Shown in pieces: positions 47,305-56,998 of a stretch of 64,000 nucleotides of DNA (positions are counted from its first letter, which is position 1; every line of letters starts with the position of its first letter). The position numbers and the translations under genes were made by a program. A model generated the notes under the pieces. That model saw only the letters and a list, made by a program, of their open reading frames with translations, did no database searches and was not told the DNA's origin. Source of the stretch: an uncultured Candidatus Saccharibacteria bacterium (GTDB lineage Bacteria > Patescibacteriota > CALEFQ01); contig OZ246404.1 of the NCBI GenBank assembly GCA_965230955.1, positions 161,184 to 225,183 of the forward strand. Reading direction: 5' to 3'.

Positions 47305-50300
47305 ATGACAACCAACAGGATTTTTTTGGCGCTAACCTTGGGGCTAGCCTTGGTTTTTGCGTTAGTGCTGGCTTCTCCGGCCTCCGCGGCCTATGGCGAC
47401 GTCACCACTTTTGCCTCCGAACCATATTGGGGAGATGGATATAATGCCACCGAGGCATTTTTAGATTTCCCGGAAGGTCTGTCGCGCGATAGCGACGGCA
47501 ATTTTTATATCGCGGATACTTATAACAATGTCATTCGTAAAATCAAGAGCGACGGCAAGATAGTCACTTTAGCGGGCAGTGGTTCTTATGGCTTTAATGA
47601 AGCCAAAGGAGCGGCGGCGGAATTCGCCATGCCGCGCGGAGTGGCGGTTGATTCCAACGGCTATGTTTATGTCGGCGATACCGAAAACAATCGGATCCGA
47701 AAAATCGCGCCCGACGGCACCACTTCGACGCTGGTCAGTTCCGGGATCAAAACTCCCGCCGGTCTGTCGGTGAGCGGATCTAACTTATATTTCTGCGACA
47801 GCGGCAATGGCGCGGTCAAAGTGATGAAAACCAGCGGCGGCGCCGTCTCGACGCTAAAATCCGGCTTCAATAATCCTCAAGCGGTTCATGTTTCCGGCGA
47901 CTGGGCTTATATTTCCGATACCAATAATAATCGAGTGGTCAAAGTCCATTTAGGGAACAAGTCGCAGGAAACTATTGTTGATGAAGGTCTCAGTCGGCCG
48001 AACGGTTTGTGGAAAGACAGCAATTATCTTTATATTTCCGATGATTTGCATGACTCGGTAAAAAAAGTCCACTTGGATACCGGCGTAATGACGACTTTTT
48101 CCGACGATGACACCATGACCACCGTGAATTTTCCTCACGGAATAGTGGCGCATGACGGTTACGTCTATGTGATAAATACCGGTATCGGCACTCTGCAAAA
48201 ATTTCGCCAGAGCGACGGTTATACGACGGTTCCCAACGACACGGTCGCGGGAGCGGATCGTTTCAATTATCGCAACGGCAGTAACGGCGCGCTGACCATG
48301 CTGGGACGCCCGTATGTCATGGCCAAACATAGCAATACTCTTTATGTCGCGGAAAATAACAAAATTCGCATGGTGGATGTCGAGACCGGCGGATCTTCGT
48401 TCTTGATCGGCAATAGTGTCGATAATTACAAAGAAAGTACGGGATCCGATGCGCGTTTCAGTACGATCCAGGGTATCGCCGTGACGGACAATGGCCAGGA
48501 CTTATATGTGGCGGATCGTTTCAATAATCGTATCCGCCGGGTCAGCGTCGATGAAAAGAAATCATATCTTATTTCCGGCACGGGCGAGACAAATACCACC
48601 GGCCCGTCCAACGGGTATAAAGAAGGAAATGCCGATGAAGCCAAATTCGCCAATCCGACCGGGGTTGTTTTGTCCCATGACGGATCAACTCTCTATGTGG
48701 CTGACACCGGAAATAATCGTATTCGATCGGTCCGGCTGAGCGATGGCCGCACGGAATTGATCGCCGGCGACGGTACGGCCGGTTATCGCGATGGCGCCGG
48801 CAGTCAGGCGCGTTTCAACAAACCGGTTGGAATTGATTTGGATCGGGATGAAGGACGCTATCTCTATATCGCTGATACGAATAATCACCGGATTCGCGAG
48901 ATAGATCTGGATACCAATAAAGTACGGACAGTTGCCGGTTCCGGACAAGCGGGCTATAAAAATGCCACCGGCACCGCGGCTTATTTCTCTTACCCGGAGT
49001 ATTTGGCGGTCTCCAACGACGGCAAATTATATATTTCCGAAGTCGGTAGCCATCGGATCCGCTGGACTGACCCGGCCAGCGGCGAAGTGCGGTTGGTTGC
49101 CGGTAGCGGTAATCGCGGCTACAGAAACGGCAGCCGGACGTCGGCCGAATTTAATAATCCGAAAGGAATCGTGGCCGATGTCGATAACAAACGAATTTTT
49201 GTGGCCGACTCGTGGAATGACGTGATTCGCCGGGTAACAATCTCCAGCACTACGCCGCCGTATTCCGAATCGGCTCCCTCGGTCAGCTCTTGCGTACCGG
49301 CGACCAAAGTCCATGACGGAAATTTGACTTATACTTATATCAAAGTTTTGGGCAGTAATCTCCAGCACGGGGTGACGGTGAAATTCAATAATGTCAACGC
49401 CACGGCTTACTTGGTGAACAGCCAGGAACTGGTGGCAAAAATTCCTTTCGCGTCAATGCAGCCCGGCTGGTATCATGTCACGGCAAAAAATGTTGATGGA
49501 CAAACCGGGACAAAGAACATGGGTTTCGGTATTGCCAATACCGACGGCACTATTCCAAATGTTTTCCCCGGCGCGACAGACGAAACAATCAAGCCGGCGG
49601 CGAAAGGTTTCAGCTTTTACGCGTATTCGGCCGCTCTGCGCGGCGGGTTTTATTCGGCCGTGGGTAATGTGATGGGAGATTCGGCCGAAGAAATCGTCAC
49701 CGGGACTTCGTCCGGCATGGGACCGCAAGTGATGGTCTACGACAAAAACGGCAAACTTAAATCAAGTTTCTTTGTTTATGCCAAGCACTTGCGCAGTGGC
49801 GTGCGAGTGGCGGTGGGTGATGTTGACGGCGACGGCATGGGCGAAATTGTTGTCGGTCCCGGCTCGGGTGGCCGGCCGCATATCAGAATTTTCAACGGCT
49901 ACGGCCAAGCTGAATATCCCGGTTATTTCGCGCTGGACAAAAAATTCACCGGCGGCGTCTGGGTGGCGACCGGCGATGTCAATGGCGACAGCAAAGAAGA
50001 AATTATCGTGACGCCGGCCAAAGGCGGCGGCCCGCAAGTGACGATTCACGACCAGTACGGAAAAATTTTGGGAAATTTCTTCGCTTATGCCAAAGGTTAT
50101 CGTGACGGGGTTCATGTGGCGGCGGCGGATACCGACGGCGATGGAGTGGATGAGATCGTAACCGCGCCGGATTTTGGCGGACGAGTATCGGTGCGGATCT
50201 TTAAGCGCAACGGTATTCAGGTCGGCGGATTCTATCCTTTCGGTGTCGGCTTTGGGGGCGGTATCAGCGTGGCCGGGGGAGATATTGACGCCAACGGCAA

Positions 50301-50529
50301 AGACGAGGTCATTGTCGGTGCCGGACCGGGCGGTGGTCCGCTGGTGCGAGTGCTTAATCAGAGCGGAACGTCAGTGACGCCAAACTTCTACATGTATCCT
50401 TCCAATTTCCGCGGGGGAGTGAATGTGTCGGCCGGCGATGTGGACAAGGACGGCAAAGCCGAAATTATCGGCGCGCCGGCCTATGGCGGCGGGCCAAACT
50501 TCAGAGTAATTAATCCCGACGATTTGTAA
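47305..50529 (+). CDS. Secreted NHL-repeat / IPT-TIG / FG-GAP repeat protein
   Basis: Signal peptide (ASA|AY); many YVADT.NNRIR NHL blades; GDVDGDG..EIVVG.G.GG.P repeats. Confidence 0.88.
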   Translation: MTTNRIFLALTLGLALVFALVLASPASAAYGDVTTFASEPYWGDGYNATEAFLDFPEGLSRDSDGNFYIADTYNNVIRKIKSDGKIVTLAGSGSYGFNEAKGAAAEFAMPRGVAVDSNGYVYVGDTENNRIRKIAPDGTTSTLVSSGIKTPAGLSVSGSNLYFCDSGNGAVKVMKTSGGAVSTLKSGFNNPQAVHVSGDWAYISDTNNNRVVKVHLGNKSQETIVDEGLSRPNGLWKDSNYLYISDDLHDSVKKVHLDTGVMTTFSDDDTMTTVNFPHGIVAHDGYVYVINTGIGTLQKFRQSDGYTTVPNDTVAGADRFNYRNGSNGALTMLGRPYVMAKHSNTLYVAENNKIRMVDVETGGSSFLIGNSVDNYKESTGSDARFSTIQGIAVTDNGQDLYVADRFNNRIRRVSVDEKKSYLISGTGETNTTGPSNGYKEGNADEAKFANPTGVVLSHDGSTLYVADTGNNRIRSVRLSDGRTELIAGDGTAGYRDGAGSQARFNKPVGIDLDRDEGRYLYIADTNNHRIREIDLDTNKVRTVAGSGQAGYKNATGTAAYFSYPEYLAVSNDGKLYISEVGSHRIRWTDPASGEVRLVAGSGNRGYRNGSRTSAEFNNPKGIVADVDNKRIFVADSWNDVIRRVTISSTTPPYSESAPSVSSCVPATKVHDGNLTYTYIKVLGSNLQHGVTVKFNNVNATAYLVNSQELVAKIPFASMQPGWYHVTAKNVDGQTGTKNMGFGIANTDGTIPNVFPGATDETIKPAAKGFSFYAYSAALRGGFYSAVGNVMGDSAEEIVTGTSSGMGPQVMVYDKNGKLKSSFFVYAKHLRSGVRVAVGDVDGDGMGEIVVGPGSGGRPHIRIFNGYGQAEYPGYFALDKKFTGGVWVATGDVNGDSKEEIIVTPAKGGGPQVTIHDQYGKILGNFFAYAKGYRDGVHVAAADTDGDGVDEIVTAPDFGGRVSVRIFKRNGIQVGGFYPFGVGFGGGISVAGGDIDANGKDEVIVGAGPGGGPLVRVLNQSGTSVTPNFYMYPSNFRGGVNVSAGDVDKDGKAEIIGAPAYGGGPNFRVINPDDL

Positions 50530-50535
50530 ATAATT

Positions 50536-50606
50536 AACCCCCCGTCTTCAGGCGGGGGTTTTGGCAATAAAAAGTAAACCCCGGTCGCGGTGCGATCGGG
50601 GTTTTT
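50536..50606. terminator. Two hairpin terminators between convergent genes
   Basis: cccccgtc-ttca-ggcgggggtttt and aaaccccggtcgc-ggt-gcgatcggggttttt. Confidence 0.7.
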
Positions 50607-50632
50607 GGGGGGAAATTGGCTGTCAGTTTTAA

Positions 50633-50851
50633 TCAGGCGGGATTCATGGTCAATTGACCATTTTCGACCAGAATTTCGGTGGCAGCGCTAAATTTCCCTT
50701 TGATCACTTGCTGAATTCCCGGATAAAGCGAGATGTCGGGCGTATTGTCCGGATCACCCGTTTGATTAACCATGAGTAATCCGTTTTCACCCCAACCTAT
50801 CTGATAGAAAATTCCGGGATGCAGTATGTATGAGATTCCTTCAAATGCCAT
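50633..50851 (-). CDS. Small hypothetical protein
   Basis: AGGAGGT SD; TTGACA upstream; terminator downstream. Confidence 0.55.
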   Translation of the reverse strand: MAFEGISYILHPGIFYQIGWGENGLLMVNQTGDPDNTPDISLYPGIQQVIKGKFSAATEILVENGQLTMNPA

Positions 50852-50959
50852 AATCTACCTCCTGAGCATTGTTGATGGATTCAGTGTAGTCGGTATTTCG
50901 AAAATGTCAATAAAAAATCCCCTTACGCTAGGCGCAAGGGGATTGGTGTTCGGTGCGAT

Positions 50960-51811
50960 TTATTCGATGACGGGCTTGAGAGTTGGTGATACGGAGTTGG
51001 TGTCGGTAGTGGAAAGGTGTATGGATTCGAGGGAATCCAAGAAAGCCGGGACATCTTTAGAGAGGCGTGTATTTCCGTCGCCACCGGTGGGATCCGAAAT
51101 TCTCTCGAGAATATTCTTGGCATACGTGAAGATTTGGCGAATCCGGCCGATTTCGTGTACGTTTTCCGGAAATGGGATAAGCGCGTTGAGCTTGAATTGT
51201 GGACCGGGTGTAAACACCAGTTTCGGACTGGTCGAAGAGAAACGGATTTGAAAGTGTTCTTTCCCCAGTTGGAAACATATAATCCTGCCTCCATCCGGGT
51301 TCGGAAAAACTTCATACCGCTGAGGATTGCCCTCGATTTCCAAGGGGAGTACCTTCAAGTGCCGAGAGATCAGCCTGGTCATTAATTGTGCCATGGGAGT
51401 GATGACTTGCATTTGGCCGGCCATTTTGGCGTTCTCGTTAGAGACTGCCAATTCCTTTTCATGTTTTGCCAGCAGGTCAGTAGTCGATTTCTCGTAGTCG
51501 CCTTTCAGTGCTTCGATGTGATTTTCATGTTGCTTTTCCGTTTCGCCTAAATCCAGATCGGATTGGAGAATAGTATCCGAAATGAATTTTTTCACCTGGT
51601 TTTTGGTTGCAAAGTACATAATAAGGAAGGCGATAACCATAGCCATTAGAACTTGTGCCGGCCATTCGGCTTTTAGCAGATTGCCAATTTCTCCCGGAGT
51701 CAGTGTGTGCAAACCGGAGTAGAAGAAGCGAAATACAAAGCCAATCGCGACACAAAACACACCCCAGAACAGAGACATCAATGCATTTTTCTGAATACTT
51801 ATACTTTTCAT
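50960..51811 (-). CDS. Hypothetical membrane protein with coiled coil
   Basis: GAGGAGG SD; TTGACA-N17-TATTAT; two TM helices. Confidence 0.65.
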   Translation of the reverse strand: MKSISIQKNALMSLFWGVFCVAIGFVFRFFYSGLHTLTPGEIGNLLKAEWPAQVLMAMVIAFLIMYFATKNQVKKFISDTILQSDLDLGETEKQHENHIEALKGDYEKSTTDLLAKHEKELAVSNENAKMAGQMQVITPMAQLMTRLISRHLKVLPLEIEGNPQRYEVFPNPDGGRIICFQLGKEHFQIRFSSTSPKLVFTPGPQFKLNALIPFPENVHEIGRIRQIFTYAKNILERISDPTGGDGNTRLSKDVPAFLDSLESIHLSTTDTNSVSPTLKPVIE

Positions 51812-52027
51812 TTTTTCCTCCTCAGGAAAAGTGTTTGAGAGTACCGAACTGCAAATAATACTGTTTTTCCTGCTGTTTGTCAATGATTCTGGGCCAGTTG
51901 GGTAAGTCTTTCGTCTTTTTGATAATTTTGCTATACTGATATAGTAATAATCAAAAACAACCAGCGTTTAGTTTCTGTAACTAACGCCCGGAGGCTCTTC
52001 GGAGCTTTCGGGAACAAAAAGAAAACT

Positions 52028-52786
52028 ATGACCCAATCACTAAAAGTGATGCTCGTCGCGTCTCTCTGCGCCGCTTTTGCGGTCGGAACGACGTACGTGG
52101 TCTTTGCGGCTTCATCGGTCGGCGATGCGGCTTCTCGTAGCGAAGACAATGTCTTCACCTCTATCACCAACTGGTTCAAAAAAGGAATCAAAATCGGTGA
52201 GCAGGGGACCGGCGGTGTGACGTACTACAATGGTACGATCGTCAACAACACCACTAATACCAGTGGCAACGACAATCCCGTCACGGTCGGTGACAGCATG
52301 CGCGTTGATGGCATGTTATATCGCATCGAAGTCGGTGGAACTTACCCGCTCAAAATCGCGGACAGTATTGTTCCCAACACGAGCGCAACTTACTCTCTCG
52401 GCACCTCGACCTATCAATGGAAGGATCTTCATATGAGCGGTGACGCGACCATTCACGGCGGTGTGACTCAGGATCGAGCAGATTTTGGCACCGCTAAAGC
52501 CGCGGCGACTATCGCTTCCGGCGCGACCGTCACTCGCAGTGTCGAAAATATCGCTGATGGCGATCATGTCGCCAGCGTGTCCAGTTCTTTGACCGGCGTC
52601 TATATTGTCGATTTCAACTTCACGGTTGATGATCGCTATATCGTCGTGACTCCTCACGGCGCGGCGGCTGGTGTTTATCCGGCGGCGACTTACTCGGCTT
52701 CCGGCGAAACAGTGACTGTCAGTATCGCTAATGTAGCGGCTGGTGGAGCCTTGGTTGCCAGTGGTTTCGACATCGTCGTTTACTAA
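52028..52786 (+). CDS. Secreted beta-rich protein with a tail-fibre-like motif
   Basis: Signal/TM segment; IVPNTSATYSLGTSTYQWKDLH; TGVYIVDF..; strongly biased codon use. Confidence 0.7.
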   Translation: MTQSLKVMLVASLCAAFAVGTTYVVFAASSVGDAASRSEDNVFTSITNWFKKGIKIGEQGTGGVTYYNGTIVNNTTNTSGNDNPVTVGDSMRVDGMLYRIEVGGTYPLKIADSIVPNTSATYSLGTSTYQWKDLHMSGDATIHGGVTQDRADFGTAKAAATIASGATVTRSVENIADGDHVASVSSSLTGVYIVDFNFTVDDRYIVVTPHGAAAGVYPAATYSASGETVTVSIANVAAGGALVASGFDIVVY

Positions 52787-52805
52787 TTCTGTTTTCAGGA
52801 TCGAT

Positions 52806-52838
52806 AAAACCCCTGCGCTATCATGCGCAGGGGTTTTT
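52806..52838 (+). terminator. Intrinsic terminator
   Basis: aaaacccctgcgc-tatcat-gcgcaggggttttt. Confidence 0.8.
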
Positions 52839-52919
52839 GTGTTGTGGGGTCGCAGTTTGCAATAATTATCGACTATGCTATTCTGTAAAAAATCTCTGAC
52901 AGGTGGAAAGGAGGTTCGT

Positions 52920-53153
52920 ATGTTAGAGAATATCGTTTGGTGGCAATACTTAATCTGGTTTGGAGCGGGTATTCTCATGGTCCGGCTTTGGTTCTTTACG
53001 CTGGATAATGAAGGTATCGTGAAGGGCTCTTTTTCCTCGGTCTGCCGTTCGGCACCGTTCAAAGCTGCGGTTTGCATCTCCTTGTGTGTTTTGTTTGGTC
53101 CGTTTTCCTTTGTGCTGTTCTGTATTTTCTGGATTGTCCTGGCCAACCGATGA
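52920..53153 (+). CDS. Small membrane protein
   Basis: AAGGAGGT SD; two hydrophobic segments. Confidence 0.55.
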   Translation: MLENIVWWQYLIWFGAGILMVRLWFFTLDNEGIVKGSFSSVCRSAPFKAAVCISLCVLFGPFSFVLFCIFWIVLANR

Positions 53154-53239
53154 GCTTGTGTTACCGGTGTTTGGATTATTTCCAAACGCCGGTTTTTAAA
53201 AACCCTCAGCTTTTTGCCGAGGGTTTGTGTGTTCCCGGT

Positions 53240-53401
53240 TTACCGGGCTTTGATGGGAAATGATCGGGATGTGTCTTCCCGCGGTGGTTTGGGAGCTGCT
53301 AAGGCTCGGACGAGAGAGATAAAAAGCCAAGTGCAACTCAGCAACACGAAAACAACCATCGGTATGCGCCACCAGAATTCAGTGAACCAGGTCCATTCCA
53401 T
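53240..53401 (-). CDS. 53-aa single-TM small protein (not in the ORF track)
   Basis: AGGAGGTG SD then MEWTWFTEFWWRIPMVVFVLLSCTWLFISLVRALAAPKPP...; hairpin downstream. Confidence 0.55.
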   Translation of the reverse strand: MEWTWFTEFWWRIPMVVFVLLSCTWLFISLVRALAAPKPPREDTSRSFPIKAR

Positions 53402-53565
53402 AGGTCACCTCCTGAATAGGGGAATGATCGTATCTAATCAAATAAAATAGAAAAAGTCAAGTCGAAATTTTTTATACCGGCCTTGAGCATATCAAAAACC
53501 CGCCCCGCCGAATTGGCGGGTGGCGGGAATGATTTGCGGGATTAGATAAGTTTCTCAAAAAATAC

Positions 53566-53642
53566 TGGCGGAGCGGACGGGACTCGAACCCGTGACCTCT
53601 GCCGTGACAGGGCAGCGTTCTAACCAACTGAACTACCGCTCC
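53566..53642 (-). tRNA. tRNA-Asp(GTC)
   Basis: GGAGCGGTAGTTCAGTTGG...CTGCC-CTGTCAC-GGCAG...GTTCGAGTCCC..CCA. Confidence 0.96.
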
Positions 53643-53652
53643 AAATTTTAAA

Positions 53653-53728
53653 TGGTGACGGGGGCCGGGATTGAACCGGCGACCTAGGGCTTATGAGTCC
53701 CTCGCTCTGCCAACTGAGCTACCCCGCC
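53653..53728 (-). tRNA. tRNA with CAT anticodon, probably elongator Met (Ile2 not excluded)
   Basis: GGCGGGGTAGCTCAG...AGGGA-CTCATAA-GCCCT...CCA; 1:72 paired. Confidence 0.9.
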
Positions 53729-53788
53729 TTCGTCCGCCGTAGCCCGCCGAATCGGGGGGCGAGGTGGACTTCGGCGGTCGGGCCCGCC
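53724..53788. repeat. GC-rich nested palindromic element abutting the tRNA 5' end
   Basis: ccgccttcgtcc gccgtagc ccgccgaatcggggg gcgaggt ggacttcggcggtcg. Confidence 0.6.
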
Positions 53789-53789
53789 A

Positions 53790-53915
53790 AACTAAACACG
53801 AGCTTCCGCCATTTGTTTTGAACCAGGCCTTCGCCTCTCGAAGACTTGAGGCTTTTGCCTGCAAGCTCCACATTTGAAATTTAGGAGTTTGCCGGCTGTA
53901 GCCCAAATAGAAGTG
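53790..53915 (-). ncRNA. Candidate structured ncRNA (6S-like rod with central bubble)
   Basis: Manual pairing GGGCT/AGCTC, GCC/GGC, GAGC/GTTC, CAGGC/GCCTG, GCCTC/GAGGC; A-rich unpaired centre. Confidence 0.3.
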
Positions 53916-53928
53916 AGGGACAAGGGCT

Positions 53929-54003
53929 TGGTTGCGGGGGCCGGATTCGAACCGGCGACCTCAAGGTTATGAGCCTTGCGAGCTGCCTCTGCTCTACCCC
54001 GCG
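53929..54003 (-). tRNA. Initiator tRNA-fMet(CAT)
   Basis: CGCGGGGTAGAGCAG...CAAGG-CTCATAA-CCTTG...CCCCGCAACCA; C1:A72 mismatch. Confidence 0.95.
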
Positions 54004-54154
54004 ATATTTTATACTTGTAAAGTATATACGGAAATAGAACATTTGGCAAGTAGGCGTACCATATTCAATAAATGCCGAAAGCAGGAGGCAGGTGTAGTTG
54101 TTTGACAGGTCACAAAAGGAGGTATAAGGTCTCAGTAACTGGGAGGGCAAAACA

Positions 54155-54634
54155 ATGAAAAAGAAACTTTGGCTGTGGTGTGTGATGTGTTTGATCCTGG
54201 TTGCTTGTGATGAAGGCTCGGAATCAAACATACTCGAAATTGCCGGTCCGTTGGATTCCGGCAGGCCGGGATTGAGTTTGTCGTTTGTCCCGGTCATCGG
54301 TCAAGCGGATTATGATACCGGCGATTGGTATTGGCATTTCCAGCTGATTCTGTCGTCTTTTAGTTCTGAGACCATTTACATTACTGGAGTGTATGCCATT
54401 ACCACTTTCGATTCCTGACATTGTCCGCGTGATAACCAGTTTGGTTGTCAGGAAATGCATTACTTCTGGTCGGATTTGGGTGTCGGTTGTCAATTGGCAC
54501 CCAGGCAGACCTGCGTTTGGGTGGGGTGGTGGGAAGTCGGTTTCCCCGATGGCGATCTGGATTTTATCGTCACGGGCGAAACGACTTCCGGAATTGATCT
54601 GACTGCCACCGCTCATTTTCGGGGGCACTCTTAG
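54155..54634 (+). pseudogene. Lipoprotein ORF (160 codons) interrupted by one in-frame TGA at 54416-54418
   Basis: Lipobox LVAC; SD and TTGACA promoter; the frame continues for 71 sense codons to a TAG followed by a terminator-like hairpin. Confidence 0.6.
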
Positions 54635-54816
54635 TCAAAATCTGATAATCTCCTTTGGCCACCGGCGGAAGGAGATTTTTTCTTGGGCGAATTATCGGTT
54701 ATCCGTAACTTGCCTAAACGGTGGATGAGAAAGAAGGGGTTAATGGTTTTTCGGAGGGCAACGTTAGTTGACGATATCGTCTATTTACAGTAGTTTTGAG
54801 GTATAAGCATAATGAT

Positions 54817-55287
54817 ATGAAAATTCTTGTTACCTTTTATTCCCGCACCGGGACCACAAGAAAAGTGGCTCAGCGACTGAGTCAGGAGCTTGGGGCGGAC
54901 AGCGAAGAAATTATCGATCTAAAAAAACGAGCCGGTTTGGGCGGATTTTTTAGCTCGGGTTTCGATGCCGTTCGGAAAAACAAAGCTTCGATTGATTCAT
55001 TGGAAAATGATCCGGTTGAATATGATTTGGTCGTGGTCGGAACGCCGATTTGGGCCGGTCAGATTGCTCCGGCTATCCGGACATATTTGACCGCCAACCG
55101 CAGTAAAATAAAAAAAGTCGCATTTTTTTCTACCGGCAGTGAAGCGGATCATGAAAAAACTTGGCCCGATATGCGCGAGGCGTGCGGGCAGGCTCCGGTG
55201 GCGACCTTGGCGCTATCGGCCAAGTCGGTCGTGAGCGGAGAATATTTCTCGCGGCTGAAAGATTTTGTGGCCAAGCTCCATGAGTAG
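54817..55287 (+). CDS. Flavodoxin family protein
   Basis: FYSRTGTTRKVA, YDLVVVGTPIWAG, VAFFST. Confidence 0.9.
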   Translation: MKILVTFYSRTGTTRKVAQRLSQELGADSEEIIDLKKRAGLGGFFSSGFDAVRKNKASIDSLENDPVEYDLVVVGTPIWAGQIAPAIRTYLTANRSKIKKVAFFSTGSEADHEKTWPDMREACGQAPVATLALSAKSVVSGEYFSRLKDFVAKLHE

Positions 55288-56914
55288 GAAAATTGCCACA
55301 ATTATTCTCTGGTCACTGATCATCGGCGCCGTAGCGGTTAATCTCGTTTGGATCAGCCTTAATCAAAGTCCGCCGCTTTGGGACATTGCCGGCCATTCGA
55401 ACCGCAGTGCTTATTTCGCCCAGCTTTTGAGTCAAGGTGAGCTTGGGGCGATTTTTAATTTTCAGACGATTTATCCGCCGTTCACTTATTTGGTGACGGC
55501 CTTTTTATTTTTGATCGGCGGATGGTCGGCGCTGATTCCCGCCCTGTCGCTGATACCGTTCTTGATCTTGTTTATTTTGGCCACTTACAGCCTGGCCTAT
55601 AGTTTATTCCAAAAGCGCGAATTGGCCTTATCCGCCGCCGCGCTGTCTTTGGCTTACCCGTTGCTGGCTCATTTCACCCGGATTTACGACCTGGATTTTC
55701 CCCAAGTGGCGCTGACGACCGCGGCGATCGCAGCTTTGTTAAAGACCAAGCACCTGACCGAACGCTGGTGGGTGATTTGGAGCGCGCTTTTAATCGCCCT
55801 GGCGATTTTGACTAAATGGACCGCGGTACTGTTTGTCGCTGTCCCGTTTGTCTGGGAACTGTGTGCCGCCATCAAAAACAGAGTCGGGTGGAAAAAACTT
55901 CTGGTTAATCTGGCGATCGGTTTGGGTTTCATCCTCGCCATCGCTTTGCCTTGGTACTTGGTGCATGGCCGAGAAATATATAATTCCTCGATCGCGACGC
56001 GGAATAATATTTTTTCCGTGCCTTTTGAAAATCTTTGGTCCTGGGGAAATCTGAGTTTTTATGCCGATCAGACGATACGGGGGATTACTTGGCCGCTGGC
56101 CATCGCGTTTATCGTCGGCTTGATTTGCCTCGGGTGGAAATATAAAAAACAATTCTGGTATTTGCTGGCGGCGATCATGCTGCCGTATTTATTTTTGACT
56201 TTTGCCCTTTATTCAAAAGAGAGCCGCTACTTTTTACCAATTTTCCCGTTCCTGGCGATCGTGACGGTGGCGATATTTTTGGTCTGGCGGAATAAGCTGT
56301 GCCTGATTGGGGGAGCGGTGCTGGCCGCGGTCTCGACAGTTTTTTGGCTTCAGACTTCTTTTGGTCTGCCGATAATTTCTCCGACTGCACAAACTGATTG
56401 GAAACTGGCGACCACGTACGGTTTGCAAAAAGTGACGGCGGATAAACCGTATTTCGGATTTACTTATCCCACTCGGTATCAATCAAACGTGCCGGAAATA
56501 ATTGATACGTTAAAGCAAGAAATAGAAAGTACGGCTACTCCCGGGCAGACCATAAAAGTGGCCGTCGTGCCTAATAGCATTTTTTTGAGCGGCCAGCCGC
56601 TGGAATTTTATTCTCGTCTGAACGGGCTGAATGAGCCCAATGGGAAATACCGCCTGGATTTTTCCTACAGTAGCAAGGTGCGGGGAGCGGATTGGCGTGA
56701 TCAAATTGTTCAAGCTGATTATCTGATAACAAAAACCGGCGACCAGGGGCCATTGGTCTGGGGGCCGATACTGCCGGAAATCCGGGAAGCGGAAGCTGGC
56801 GGGGATTCGATTTTTAGCGATAATTTTGAGTTGGTGAAAACTTGGCCGCTAAACGGCATTGAGGGAGAGGATCAGGAGGCGAGGCTGTATCGAAGAATAA
56901 TTGATATAAAATAG
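55280..56914 (+). CDS. GT-C fold glycosyltransferase (ArnT/PMT family)
   Basis: PPLWDIAGH, YPP, LTKW, PWY, KESRYFLP; many TM helices. Confidence 0.85.
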   Translation: MSRKIATIILWSLIIGAVAVNLVWISLNQSPPLWDIAGHSNRSAYFAQLLSQGELGAIFNFQTIYPPFTYLVTAFLFLIGGWSALIPALSLIPFLILFILATYSLAYSLFQKRELALSAAALSLAYPLLAHFTRIYDLDFPQVALTTAAIAALLKTKHLTERWWVIWSALLIALAILTKWTAVLFVAVPFVWELCAAIKNRVGWKKLLVNLAIGLGFILAIALPWYLVHGREIYNSSIATRNNIFSVPFENLWSWGNLSFYADQTIRGITWPLAIAFIVGLICLGWKYKKQFWYLLAAIMLPYLFLTFALYSKESRYFLPIFPFLAIVTVAIFLVWRNKLCLIGGAVLAAVSTVFWLQTSFGLPIISPTAQTDWKLATTYGLQKVTADKPYFGFTYPTRYQSNVPEIIDTLKQEIESTATPGQTIKVAVVPNSIFLSGQPLEFYSRLNGLNEPNGKYRLDFSYSSKVRGADWRDQIVQADYLITKTGDQGPLVWGPILPEIREAEAGGDSIFSDNFELVKTWPLNGIEGEDQEARLYRRIIDIK

Positions 56915-56998
56915 GTACAGACCGATGAACCCTTGATTTTTAGTGTTTAATTGGTATGATTCCAGTCAGCAACAGTGTTCAGCCACAAGGAGGAAATT

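Noticed and set aside
54416-54418. Genetic code 25 (TGA = Gly)
   Set aside because: ligA, clpC, the flavodoxin gene and others end at TGA at their expected lengths, and conserved genes have no internal TGA.
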